Source of the DNA: Catajapyx aquilonaris
Lineage: Eukaryota
NCBI GenBank assembly: GCA_000934665.2
Contig: KZ538174.1
Span: forward strand, 1 to 64,000
Length of the DNA: 64,000 nt
Reading direction: 5' to 3'
A program made the position numbers and the translations under genes. The notes beneath the pieces were generated by a model. The model searched no databases, was not told the DNA's origin, and saw only the letters and a list, made by a program, of their open reading frames with translations. Positions 13,714-26,200 of the stretch are shown here, in pieces; position 1 is the first letter of the stretch; each line of letters begins with the position of its first letter.

Positions 13714-14418
13714 ACAGCAGAAACCTATCCATTACGGAATTTTTCCAGGAACGGGCATATGCATAGGGCATACAATGTATTTTTTGACGGATATAACAGA
13801 ACCTGCCCAACGCGGAAACGGAAAGGATTTTTGGCTCCCTTCAGAGAAAATCCCTGTTCATAGCGGAAATCAAAAGGTTCGCATTATATCCTGCGAGTCA
13901 CAAAAATAGAAACCACAGCAGGGTTCACTATCGGCAATTCCAGGTGGCCTCTGAGTAACCCTTTTTGGACCACTTGTGTCTAGTAATTTCTGAAATTGCT
14001 ATGGCCTGTGGCCTTGAAGATTAAGGATGAAGAGAGGGGCAATATTTTTGGTTCCGAAACTCGAAAATCGCCTTTCAGGACAGGCCAAGAAGATGTGACT
14101 CATGTCATTTGACTCGTGTCATATGACTCGTAGGTGCCTTTTAGTTCACTGTTCAGTCCAGTTATGTCAGGGAAGACGAAGGGGTTGACACAGGTTCAAC
14201 ATATTGCCAGAGTCCGGGCTGATGGTCCCATGGAGAAGGCAAAATTAGGATTTTGCACCATATTGAGGTAAGGTGCTTAATTTCGCTCTCCCCATTTTCC
14301 TCTCTTTCTCGCGAGCAAAAATAATGAGTAACGTCCGTGATCTGGTTATAGCGGAAATCTGTCCATAACGGAAAATTTTTGGGGTCCCGTGCGATTCCGC
14401 TATACACAGGTTTCACTG
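13714..14418. mobile_element. pogo/Tigger-like non-autonomous element
   Basis: Imperfect TIRs CAGCAGAAACC...CGGAAT / ATTCCGCTATACACAGGTTTCACTG, with repeated TA(A/G)CGGA motifs. Confidence 0.55.
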
Positions 14419-14862
14419 TGTTAACCTTTTAAGCAACAGCATTTCCTCTTCCAGCAGCACTACCTCAAGTCTTCAGTATAGCGTTACAAGTACTGCAACA
14501 TTTCAACACATATACGAATGATACTACAAACGTATGCATCATCCATGCAGTTATTATATCTCTTAAGAAGGATTGCAATTCTTGTTGTATTGATAGATTG
14601 AAATATGCCAAAGCAATATTATAGCTTACACATCATAAAAATTGTTTATAGAAGTTTTTAGAAGCATAAAAGGGAAATCAAAATACTTCAGAATATCATA
14701 CTAATGATCTAGAAGCATTACCACTGTGTCACAATCATATGGCCCCTGAAAGTATCCTGATTACTTTGCATAAACAAATGACAAATTTATCCTTTAAGAC
14801 CTTGTAAGATGTGGGCAACAAACGAACAACTGACAAATGTTCAATGAATATAATGATAAAAT

Positions 14863-17800
14863 TCAAGCGCAAGGGTTAAACATGGTTGCACTAAACATGT
14901 GACAGTTTATCTTGGAGTCCCTCCACTTGGCTGGTATTCTAAACACCTTTCCATCAGGCATGCAGACGCAAACTTTGTACTGACTTGTACCTCCTCCAGG
15001 TGATGTGGCCTTCATGTTCACTTTCAATCCTTCCTGCCATCTAAGAACTAAACTACCATTGACTGTCTTCAAGTACACATCTTGATCAGCTGACCACACA
15101 ATCTCCTTTCCTTCCATTGAAGTCCCTTCATTGCCAATCAAAAAGGCAATGTTGTGGGATTTAAGGGAGAGACTGTCATTTGATGGGCTTGATATGCGGC
15201 GAGTGCGGGCGAGATGGATGTCCAAGTGTTTTACTCCACGAGGCAGGCCAAAGTTGGGGTAATTGGTTGAGAAGACAGTCTCACCAGTGTTTGGATCTCG
15301 CACCACAAATGTTGTAATGTTGGTTACATTTATGTTGTCAGTGGTCACTGCAATTTGTGGTTTTTGCCCATTATTAACTTTAAGTAGAATTGGGCCTGCA
15401 TCACCTTCAGTCTGGGGAAAAAAAGATATAACAATAACAACAACAACAATAATAATAATAATGGATACCCCGTGATAGGTCAAAAATGATATATTATATA
15501 GAACTCAAATTCTGCCTTGTAACACTCAATGCCAACATGTGCTGGACTGATATGAGAGTGGCTATTTTGGCTAAGATAGAATAATAATTTTTCATTCCCT
15601 AAGGGCCTGTTGCATGATCAATAGTAAATCCTGCAAACAAGTGTATACTCTTATGCGAATAACATGGATAAAGATTTGCTTTGGATTTACCATCAATTAC
15701 ACAACTGGCCCTAAATGATGTGGCATGATCTATGCCAATGTGCCCTTGTAATATTGAAAGCCATCACATGAATGACATTTGAAGCTGACTTCCACTAACT
15801 GCAAGGATTGGAAGGATTATTTTACAGTATACGTATACACCACCTACACATACCTTGCAGTGGAAGGACAGTGCTGGACATTAATTCCATCGTACTGCTA
15901 GTAACTTTTCCGAGGCGACAGAAGTGCACATCGACATGATGGAGTGCAAGCCATGCTTGTAAGAAATGGTAGGCCTTGGGTGACATCACTGGCTGGGGAC
16001 AATACTTTCTCTCCATTACCCCAGCCAGTGATGTCACCCAAGGCCTACCATTTCTTACTAACATGGCTTGTACTCCATCACTTCGATGTGCACTTCTGAC
16101 GCCTCGGAAAATGTCGCTTGCAGTACGACGGAATTAATGTCCAGCACTGTACCACTCCTCTTTTCTTGCCAGCCACCTGTATCTCAAATTAATGTAAACA
16201 GTGTTCATGATTAGTTGGTGGAATAAAAGGAGTGGTACAAGGTATGCTTAGATGGGGTATATGCAGTGAGTCACATTCAGAAACATATCACTATTTCACA
16301 CAATATTGCTGACACAGGTATGCTACTGAAGCATGCTGATGAGTGGCATCACAATTTATTCCACCCTAATGCCTATGCCATGCTAAAGTACTATGGGGCT
16401 CAAATTGTTTTGGCCACTTTATCCTGGTCTTGAAGCAACCCTTCGCACAGGCCCCACGGTAAGTAAGTGTGTGTGTGTGTGAAGGGTTGCTTCAAGACCA
16501 GGATAAAGCGGCCAAAACAATTTGAGCCCCATAGTACCTCCTTCCCCATTGGAACTTCCCTTATCCCACACTTCCCTGCACTAGGAGGGTTTATGCCTAT
16601 TCATAGTTTCTGAATGAATCTTTGTTGCAGACCTGCCTATTTCCATGAAAATAACAGTTAGACCCTACTATGCTATGTTTCCTGGTGTTTCTGAATATGA
16701 CCTAGTGTATTCCAACTGAATTAGCATTATTTTGGCCCAAGATGCTTATTATTAAGCAATTACACTGAACAGCAACACTTAGGTGTTATCAAAAATATTA
16801 GCTGCTTCCATTTGGCTGAATTGGGCATCCTTTTAAACCATTATGAAGGAGGCTCTCTAACTTGCAAAAAGAATTTATTCAACCACTGACATTGGATATC
16901 AGTGGTCTCAAAAATGCATTGTACTACAGAATGTGAAGGGATGGTTCCATTCAATCTAAGACGAACAGCAAATACTTTTGACAACTCACAAGAGTAAATA
17001 CAGAAGTAACTACCTACTAATAAGCAACTTGTGAAAAAAATCTTTACCACTAAAGAGAATTCAGTTGGAGAACACTTTATCTGTCAAACCTACTTACAGA
17101 CATTTGGTAATTCCAAGGAGAAATATTTATTTTAAAATTTCACACCTTTTCATTTATAACATTCTACTGCAAACTGGACCGAGCTACATGCAACATGACC
17201 AAGTTTATCATAATATAGGCTTACTATCGGCACGGAAATTGTCCAGTCACTTGGAGATAGGCTGACCATTGGGTCCAGACCATTTCCATGCTGATAGTAG
17301 GGTAAACCGTACAGTGATGGCCCACTGCGCCTTGGTTCTTTAAGAAATAGGCCGTGTAAATTCCATAACATGAAAGAAAGAAGTGATCATGTTGTGACAC
17401 CTGTGGTCCCTGGCTTGAACTAGGTCGAAAATCAGACTATAGTGGGCATTGAAAGAGCAGTAATGGCATCTCACCCAGAGTCCTACTGGTCATGTTGGAA
17501 TGCAGCCAGCAAATGTTAATTTTTTTTCTTCAGGACTTTCTTGCATTGTAAGTGTGTTTCTGGTCTCATAAAAATATCCCAATGTGAGGTATATGAAGTT
17601 CCGAAAGGGGAGCCTGTAGCTCTTCATTTGTGTCGGATTTGCAACACGTTCAGTTGGTACGTGTGTGGCAATAGAAGCGGCAACGCAGCAAAGGTCCGGG
17701 CCAATTATCGCGTAGCAGTATGTGACGTCATTGCCGGGTGGATTCGAATCATTCGATTATTATATTATAATTATAACTATATAAACTAATATAACGGTTC

Positions 17801-20800
17801 TGACGTCTGACAAACACCCCCGCCAAACGAAAATCCTGTGTGAGCCATTGTAAAAACCATCATACTAACTTGTACTCATATTTCGCGGTCGTATCGGTCA
17901 TATGCAACCTTATCTCGCTACCGTAAACAACGCTGTGTTGCCACTGCCTCACTCGAGTGGAGCACTGTGACGTGACTGGATCATTTTCGGATCGTTTTTC
18001 AGCAATACAAATTGACAGAGCCCGGTGAGGTAGGTTTTTCTTTTTGCGGTTACAATCAGTATATAATTCCCGACATATTCCACATTAAATTTTAAAATTC
18101 TCATTTACTTATGATCTTTTTGTGGACTATTGAAAATTCTTCCATAAGGGCCCATGTTAAATCGCGAACTTCTGAGCCCTCCAGTTCGCTAATTTGCATG
18201 GTGACATGTATTTTTCTTTGCACCATTGATAAGAGGACACAAAACTGCGTAACATATGTTTTTTTCATAAATTCTCATTAAGTGACTCTAGCTTCATTTC
18301 CACCTTAATAGGCGAGGAACGGGTGCACTCAGACGTGTCAGACGGGAGGCGCTAGCGAGTGGACTGTTTATTGCTAGGTGGCGTGCAGATAGTAAACAAC
18401 GGGTCAATTTGCAATAACCTGGCAACAACAGAACCACTTAGCAACTAAAGTCTGCTTGCGATGTAGCATGTGGATTGTAAACAACGGCTCTGTTATTGCC
18501 AGGTTATTGCAAATTGACCCGTTGTTTACTATCTGTGCGCCACCTAGCAACTAAACAGTCCACTCACTAGCGCCCTCTAGATGGCGTTTCTGGACACCGG
18601 TTCCTATGTGAAAAATATTTGTCTTGGTCCTCTCTGTTACCCCTACAAGTTTGTCTGCTGAATTCAGAAACTCCCTGTATGCTTGTAATCTGCAAGTCTC
18701 TACAAATAATGCCCGCAACTAATAAATGTGCAATTAAAATTACTAACCTCAACAGGGTCATCTACAAATCCCTGCAGTTTACCATCATGCTTGTATATCT
18801 TGTCCAGGTCAATATCGCCATAAAATTTGAGGAGGGATTCATAGGGAACAACTTCCAAGCTCTCCAATCCTTGACCAAGTCTCAGCACACCAAGAATAGT
18901 GAATGTTAAGAAGAGATTTGCTAGGGCCAACACAAAAAGGACAGCCACCAACAGCCAGAAAAGATATGTCTTGCAGCCACGTAGTCCAGTTTTGTGGAGA
19001 GATGGTTCATGCACTGGCACATATCCAGCCCTGAAATGAAACATACAAACTGTAGTTCCATAAAGAAAATACTGCTTTTATACTGACACAACAACAAAAA
19101 TCCAACAACCTATGTCACTGCATTACTAAAGTCTTTTCTTACATTTAAGCCAATATTTCCTTAATCTCAGCATTTGCATTAGCATATTGCATAGTCAGCT
19201 CTTTAATTGAAGGGTTCTCTGCAATAAGAAGGTAAGTGCACTTACCTTCTTATAGGTTTTTCGCTTTAAAACGCTGGAAAATATTATTAACTACCTACAC
19301 TGCAAAGGTTTCTCTCTAAGGTGTAAAACATGCTGCATCTTTGCAGACCAGGTGCAGGTAACTTGCAGATGGCAAGTATTTGCAAGCATGTTCTCTCCTC
19401 ATTTTCTCCCCTTAAAGGGCACTACTGTCTATAAAAGCTTTCTTCATTTCTCGAGTGCCCATGTGGGGGATTTCAATGCATAGTTTATTGATTTGACAAT
19501 GTTGTGATGAAAGTTCATGGGCCAAGTCTCTGCTCAGGTGAACATCAATGTTTATTAAATGTCATGTTGGACTCACAAGGGACACTATCCAAGTGTCACT
19601 CGCCGATTTTCATGAAATTTGGTGCATTGGTAGCCCACCCCAAGGGATGAAAAACGCACCTAAGGTTACCTGCTCAAAATGATCCTGTGACCCTTTTTTG
19701 AGGTTGCCAAATTTCAACTCGTAAAATTCAATCATCACCGATTTTCATGAAATTCGGTGCATTGGTTGGATTGATAAAGGATTGACATTTTCTCAGGACA
19801 TATTTATGTCAATAAAGCAGTGTTTGACACAAACAAAATGATGTCAAATACTGGACAAAACGTACTTGTGAAACAAAAAACGAGAGAGTCATTCCATGTC
19901 AAATCATCAAAAAAATAATAAGTTTTGGATTTTGAAGTCATGGATTTGGCTAATTTTTGGGAGACCTGTTCCTTCCCATCTGACATGGACAAAAATATAT
20001 TTTAAATTTTTTTTCCTGTCATCGGTTTTTGAATTTTGGAATGTTCAATAATTGCAAAACCTCCCAAAAACCGCTCACCGACAAACCTTTAAATATGATT
20101 TCCCAGAGAACCGTTCCAGATACAAGCTGGCAATGATCTCATTTTAAAGCCAATGAATAGGGCTTTCATATGATATATATGTAACATGTATTGTTATTCA
20201 GGACACATACGTTTTTCGGGACTTTTCAAAATTTCTTTTTACATTTTCCAAAAATAGGTATGATTTAAAATGTTCCTATAATTCACACATATTATTGGTA
20301 CACATCTACTGAAGGTCTAGTGAAAATTTCAGTGTGGGATCTCTATGCTGTCATACGATTCCGTGCACCTCCTTATGCACCCATACGTTTGAAAATTCGC
20401 TGATCAGTTATCCCTGATGGGTAAAGAATGGTTTATGCATTTCTGAATAAGGGATGCTCCAAGAAATAGATTGACATGGACGTCATTGTTGAACTTTCCA
20501 TTTTTATATCTCCGTGAGATTTGACTCCAGCGGCCTCAAATTGAGGATTTCGCAATTAGGTGTGGATACCTACATACTTGATTTTTTCAGTTACATCGGA
20601 AGGGGTCAAGCCACAACTTTTCAGAAACAGAATTGAGATGGAATGACCCAATTATCATTATTTTCCTCACATGTAATGAAATTCCATTTTCGTATGACAG
20701 CATAGAGATCCCACACTGAAATTTTCACTAGACCTTCAGTAGATGTGTACCAATAATGTGTGTGAATTATAAGAACATTTTAAATCATACCTATTTTTGG

Positions 20801-22653
20801 AAAATGTAAAAAGAAATTTTGAAAAGTCCCGAAAAACGTGTGTCCTGAATAACAATACATGTTACATATATATCATATGAAAGCCCTATTCATTGGCTTT
20901 AAAATGAGATCATTGCCAGCTTGTATCTGGAACGGTTCTCTAAGAAATCATATTTAAAGGTTTGTCGGTGAGAGGTTTTTGGGAGGTTTTGCAATTATTG
21001 AACATTCCAAAATTCAAAAACCGATGACAGGAAAAAAAATTTAAAATATATTTTTGTCCATGTCAGATGGGAAGGAACAGGTCTCCCAAAAATTAGCCAA
21101 ATCCATGACTTCAAAATCCAAAACTTATTATTTTTTTTGATGATTTGACATGGAATGACTCACTCGTTTTTTGTTTCACAAGTACGTTTTGTCCAGTATT
21201 TGACATCATTTTGTTTGTGTCAAACACTGCTTTATTGACATAAATATGTCCTGAGAAAATGTCAATCCTTTATCAATCCAACCAATGCACCGAATTTCAT
21301 GAAAATCGGTGATGATTGAATTTTACGAGTTGAAATTTGGCAACCTCAAAAAAGGGTCACAGGATCATTTTGAGCAGGTAACTTTAGGTGCGTTTTTCAT
21401 CCCTTGGGGTGGGCTACCAATGCACCGAATTTGATGAAAATCGGTGATGATTGAATTTTACGAGTTGAAATTTGGCAACCTCAAAAAAGGGTCACAGGAT
21501 CATTTTGAGCAGGTAACCTTAGGTGCGTTTTTCATCCCTTGGGGTGGGCTACCAATGCACCAAATTTCATGAAAATCGGCGAGTGACACTTGGATAGTGT
21601 CCCAGTCTGCAATCATTTTCACTCCCATGAGACCCACTTTACCCCGTGAAACATCTAACTCTCAAAAAAGTCAGACGCCACTGTGCTGGAACTTACATTC
21701 TCCACCAGACCAAGTCCGGGTCACTCCCAGACAATCCGGCGGCAGCCGAATCCCCCTAGCCGGATTGAGCGCAACTTACTGTCACTCAGGAAAACCCGAG
21801 CTCCACACCTCCTGTATATAAGCAGCCCCAGAAATAAACTAGTTGGTATGTCCCTCTCCAACTCGACTTTCATACACACATGCCAAACTGGACATATCGC
21901 CGTTCATCATGCCGCAGCTCTCAGGTCTCAGGAGGTTATAGAAGATTCGAGTTAGAGAAGTTTGGATTTTTTAAAGCACAGAACTCTTTAAGGAAGCCTA
22001 CCTTTATATCCAGCGACGAAAGGGGTCTAAAACTTAAAAATAACTGTCATTATCACACTTACAATGTCCCTCGTCGTTTCGTTGCAAAAAAATCTCCGTT
22101 ATGGACATTTGCCTACTCTTAGATTCAAGGATTCAATAATCGTCACAATCGAGTCAAACACTTCTTTCGGTACGTCTGGTAGACGGAGATCAGGAAATTG
22201 AGTCTTTCTGTACATGTGGCCCACTCTCCGACCCTTCGGCTGGGAAATGAGAAAATTTTCTTTACTCGCCAACATGAACTTCGACTTAGAGAGACTGAAA
22301 ATGCATTGATATCCCATCGAAAGGCCCTGCCTGCACTTCGAGTTATGGAGAACTTCGAGTTATAGAAATTCGAGTTAGGGAAGTTTATTTCCTATTATTT
22401 TACATTGTGACCAACCAAGCTCATCATTTTCTTCGACTTAGGAAAGTTCGACTTATAGAAGTTTTACTGTAGGCCTACTTGACTCCACATAACATTATTT
22501 AGGTCACCAATTCTGTCATTAGGCCTACCTAAAGTTGCTGTTGTGCTGCTTTATAACCCGGCGTTTCACAAGCGCCTTCTCCCTCATGGACAATGTTGCA
22601 TTATCCAGATGAAGATCCGACAGGGATGACCGAGTACTTGGATATGTCGACAT
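14863..22653 (-). CDS. SGCB: Beta-sarcoglycan, complete, 3 coding exons, 318 aa
   Basis: Exons 22653-22529, 19030-18748 and 15411-14863 have GT/AG boundaries and consistent phases (2, 0). The protein contains MREKALVKRRVIKQHNSNFRAGYVPVHEPSLHKTGLRG, one TM helix, GNEG and the C-terminal YKVCVCMPDGKVFRI...NPC sarcoglycan cysteine motif. Confidence 0.96.
15868..16150. repeat. Imperfect hairpin (~130-bp arms, ~20-nt loop) in an SGCB intron, probably a MITE relic
   Basis: ACAGTGCTGGACATTAATTCC...CACTGGCTGGGG is followed by CCCCAGCCAGTG...GGAATTAATGTCCAGCACTGT. Confidence 0.75.
16388..16537. mobile_element. Tc1/mariner-like hairpin MITE (related to 57028-57453)
   Basis: GTACTATGGGGCTCAAATTGTTTTGGCCACTTTATCCTGGTCTTGAAGCAACCCTTC and its reverse complement flank a (GT)n loop. 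Confidence 0.7.
18310..18606. mobile_element. Palindromic MITE
   Basis: AGGAACGGGTG...CACCGGTTCCT ends with a ~90-bp inner inverted repeat (18348-18435 vs 18486-18574). Confidence 0.65.
19579..21603. repeat. Near-perfect ~2-kb palindrome (foldback) in SGCB intron 1
   Basis: Arm 19579-20358 is the reverse complement of arm 20690-21603 with only a few differences. The right arm carries an extra 135-bp tandem duplication; the spacer is ~330 bp. Confidence 0.9.
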
Positions 22654-23273
22654 GGTGCAGGCTCTTCCAACAGCTAATGAGAAATGTAATTGCCAATGTA
22701 ATGGTGGCTTAAAAACAGAAATAACAAATCCTACAAATACACACAAATATCTGGGTCAACAAACCTGGGGAGTCGGCCCGTGGTCTTTCTCCGAACGTAT
22801 TTCTGGTTTCTGCTATATTTAGTTCGGCTCTGTACGCACTTGGAGCGCTGATGGAGCACAAATTTTTTCTCCTGAGTGGATCGACAGAATACTGGTGTAA
22901 CATTTAATACTACTTTTCTCTTAAATTATATTAATTGATCGTTACTCCTTTTGTTATAGTGTACAATTGACACAATGCCGAAATTCCCGGCTCGTGACGT
23001 CATAAAAATCATTCCCCGAGCAAAAACGGACAAACTGAACGCAACCACTGACACCTGAGTAACCTGACAGAATTTGCAGTGACAGGTGAGGTACCCGACT
23101 TTTATTTCAAGTTAAGGTAGGGCTACGGTATCCGTGTATGAATAATGAGCTAAAGATGGAGGCGATTTAATTTTCAGACTTTCAAGAAGTTTTGCTGTGC
23201 ACAATTCATGAATTTATTGCAAGGGCAAAACTTTGTGGTTGATCACTCAATGAATGTATTTTTCCAGGCAATA
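22654..23273. promoter_or_regulatory. Shared divergent promoter region of SGCB and WDR60
   Basis: The two start codons are ~620 bp apart, head to head. There is a CRE palindrome TGACGTCA at 22995-23002, a + strand donor CAG|GTGAG at 23085 and an acceptor at 23267. Confidence 0.6.
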
Positions 23274-26200
23274 ATGAGGCAATCAAGAAAGCCCCAGCCT
23301 ACCAAAGGCCCTGCCAGAAGTGACAGGAGCCCAGTGGTGGGTCAGAGGTCAAGTTCTAAAGGACCTGATCCTGGCAGTAATACTGGCAGGAAAGTAACAG
23401 TGGGACCTGCACAAAAATCACAGGAGAGGGCCAAGGGAATGACAAAAGATGTAAAAGCCCCATCAACATCCAAACCAATATCAACACGCTTGAAAAGTGA
23501 TGGTTCTAGAAGTTCCCAACAGTTGGATATGAAACCAACTGTCAGAGGGTCACCTGCTACAGGAAAAAAGGTTCCTCTTTTAGTGGGAGTGTCTGCACTT
23601 CTTTCAGAATTTCTTATAATTTTCTCCTTGCTTTGAGTGTATCAAAAAAATGGGGTTGACAGCACTGTCATATTCCTGTATCTGACATGAATGTAACTAC
23701 ACTGTACTACTGATTATCTGGGTGCAGATTATCCATGCTTCACCAAAACGAAAGTTTATAAAATGAATAAAGGGGACAAGCTTCTGTCCAGGCGATTTTA
23801 TTATCAGTTGTGGGAGAAGAAACAGAGCATATGGGGTGACCAGTGCAGTGTCAGGAATGGAATGAAAGGTGGGAATCCAGATAAGGAAGCTGGAGTGCTT
23901 ACATGAATTATGTGCCACGTGATCATTCATGCTGCCTAAGTCGCATGTGCCATGCTTCCTGCCCCACGATTGAAAATAGGACTTCCCAGAGGGCAGCTTG
24001 TCATTTCAAGGCTTGTGCACAGTGCAGTAGTGTTATTGTGCTCTATGCCTTACTTTTGTTTCTTATAGGTGTCAGCTTTTCTGAAGATTTTAAATTCCAA
24101 CCACTGTTGGGCTTTGCACTGCACTTCTGCACTATTGCTGAGGTATTTTTAAACATTTGTGTGTACCTGAGTGCTGAATTCTTTTTATGTGATCGAGATA
24201 ATGCAGCATATTCACAAATACGTTTCTTTTTGAAATTCCATTTTACCAGTCATCTGGAGCAGATATGAAGCAATTGCCTAGTGGAAAGCAACCAGTCAAA
24301 GCTGCTTCTACAAAACCACCTCCACAAGTCACAAGCAGACAACCGGCACCTTCACGAACTGCAGCAAAGCCTGCTGAAGCATCAAAGAGTTCAAAGCTCA
24401 CTCGAAGTGACACTCCTGCAGTTGTGAATGAAACAAACACCTCAAGTGATATTGAAGAAGAATATGAATCTGACTTTATGGTATGTTGGCAGTGTGACAG
24501 TTTAAAATGATGTTTGACTCACTACACATATAATACAGGAGAGTGACAGCTATTCAGAGGACTTTAGTTCAATGAGTTCAACTGAGGATGATGAACAACC
24601 TCCTCTGGGGGTCCAAGGAAATAAAAATCGTCAAAATACTGATAACAATGGCCCTGTGCATTCTGCTGAACAACTAAAAGAATTTGAATCTATTAGAACA
24701 GCTATGAAGAAAGAAAATGAATCTCTGCAACGAAGGTAATGCAGTGTTAATTGGCACGGATGAATTACTGGGTTTACTGTGATCTTCAGGATTCAGCAAA
24801 AGCCTCCAGCTGCACTAAAACAGGAGTACTCCAGCAATGAAAAACCACCTGTGCCACGACCAGGCACTTCAGTGATTCAACGGCGCAAGCATGTCAATTT
24901 CAGTGCTGCCAAAGAGACTCGTTTTGTGGCAAAAAGTGTATGTAACTGGACACCAGCTGCTAACTGTGATTTGTCACACTCACTCATTTTCAGATTGCAA
25001 CTGCACGGCGCAGAGGTCAGGAACTCTTGCAAATGATTCGACTAGATACAGTGCAGTTTAGCCTATTTCAATTGGAACCTGTGAACTATGACATGTATAT
25101 GAAAAGTTATGGACGTGCTAACACTATGCAGGTATGTCTTTCAGACTGACTGGATTTTGTGTGTTTTAATGGTTATTTATTTGCAGGCGTTGATTCAGAC
25201 AAATGAAGATACTTTGTCACAAGAGGTGCAAACAGATGAAATAGTAATGCACAGCAAATGGACACAAAAGCCTACAGAGTGTGATTCAAAGACCATTGTG
25301 GCAGGTGGAATTCGAGGGTTATCACAGGTATTTTCGTTTTGTCCCGTCTGAAGCAGGCCACCTTGAAACTGAAAATAGCATACAGTAGTAATGCACAAGA
25401 GAAAATTTTAACTACCAAAGTCTGGCGTAATATAGAATTTAGATTGCATGCAGGATACTTCCCATTTTTTGCCACAACTTCTATTAACTAAGAGTAATGT
25501 TTGAATTGTAGTAATGTTTGTGCAGATAATGTCTGATGGTTTCCTCTAGACAGTCTAGAGTTTGGTAGGAACTTAAAAGTACATATACAGGGTGGTCCAA
25601 CCAAACAGTTGAGGGATGTGCCAGAAATGTTGGGGCATATTTTGGCTACATAGCTAGAAGATACATAGGCTTTTCAGATAACGGATCGGTTAAAAAAGTT
25701 TGACCACCCTGTACATGCGAGGGTCCTTCCAAAACGATTTACAATTAATTTTTTAGCCACGCAGGGCTCTTGCAGGTAGGCAGGTAGGCACACATTATCG
25801 AAAGAATCTTCCTGGAGCCAAATGCACTGACACCACTGGTGTGGCAACCTCTCCAGGCCCTCCAGAAACCACTTTGGTGGTGCAGCTCCCTGACAACTTT
25901 TCACGCTCATCAACCGTCAACAATGACCTCGAAATGGTGTCGGCAAAGGGAGTTTTTTCATGGTTCTGGCCTCCTGGTCTGGCCCTCAGTGACTTTCACC
26001 TCTTGGGACCCATGAAAAACCCCTTTGTCGACACCATTTCGAGGACATTGTTGACGGTTGTTGAGTGTGAGTAGTTGTCCTGGAGTGTGGTTCCTGGAGG
26101 GACTGGAGAGGTTGCCACACCTGTGGTGCCAGTGCATTTGGCTCCAGGAAGATTCTTTCGATAGTGTGCGCCTGTCTGCTGACCTTCATGGGCCCTGTAT

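Noticed and set aside
17150..17371. Possible extra SGCB exon
   Set aside because: Exons 2 and 3 already join in frame to give a full-length protein, and this ORF has no sarcoglycan similarity.
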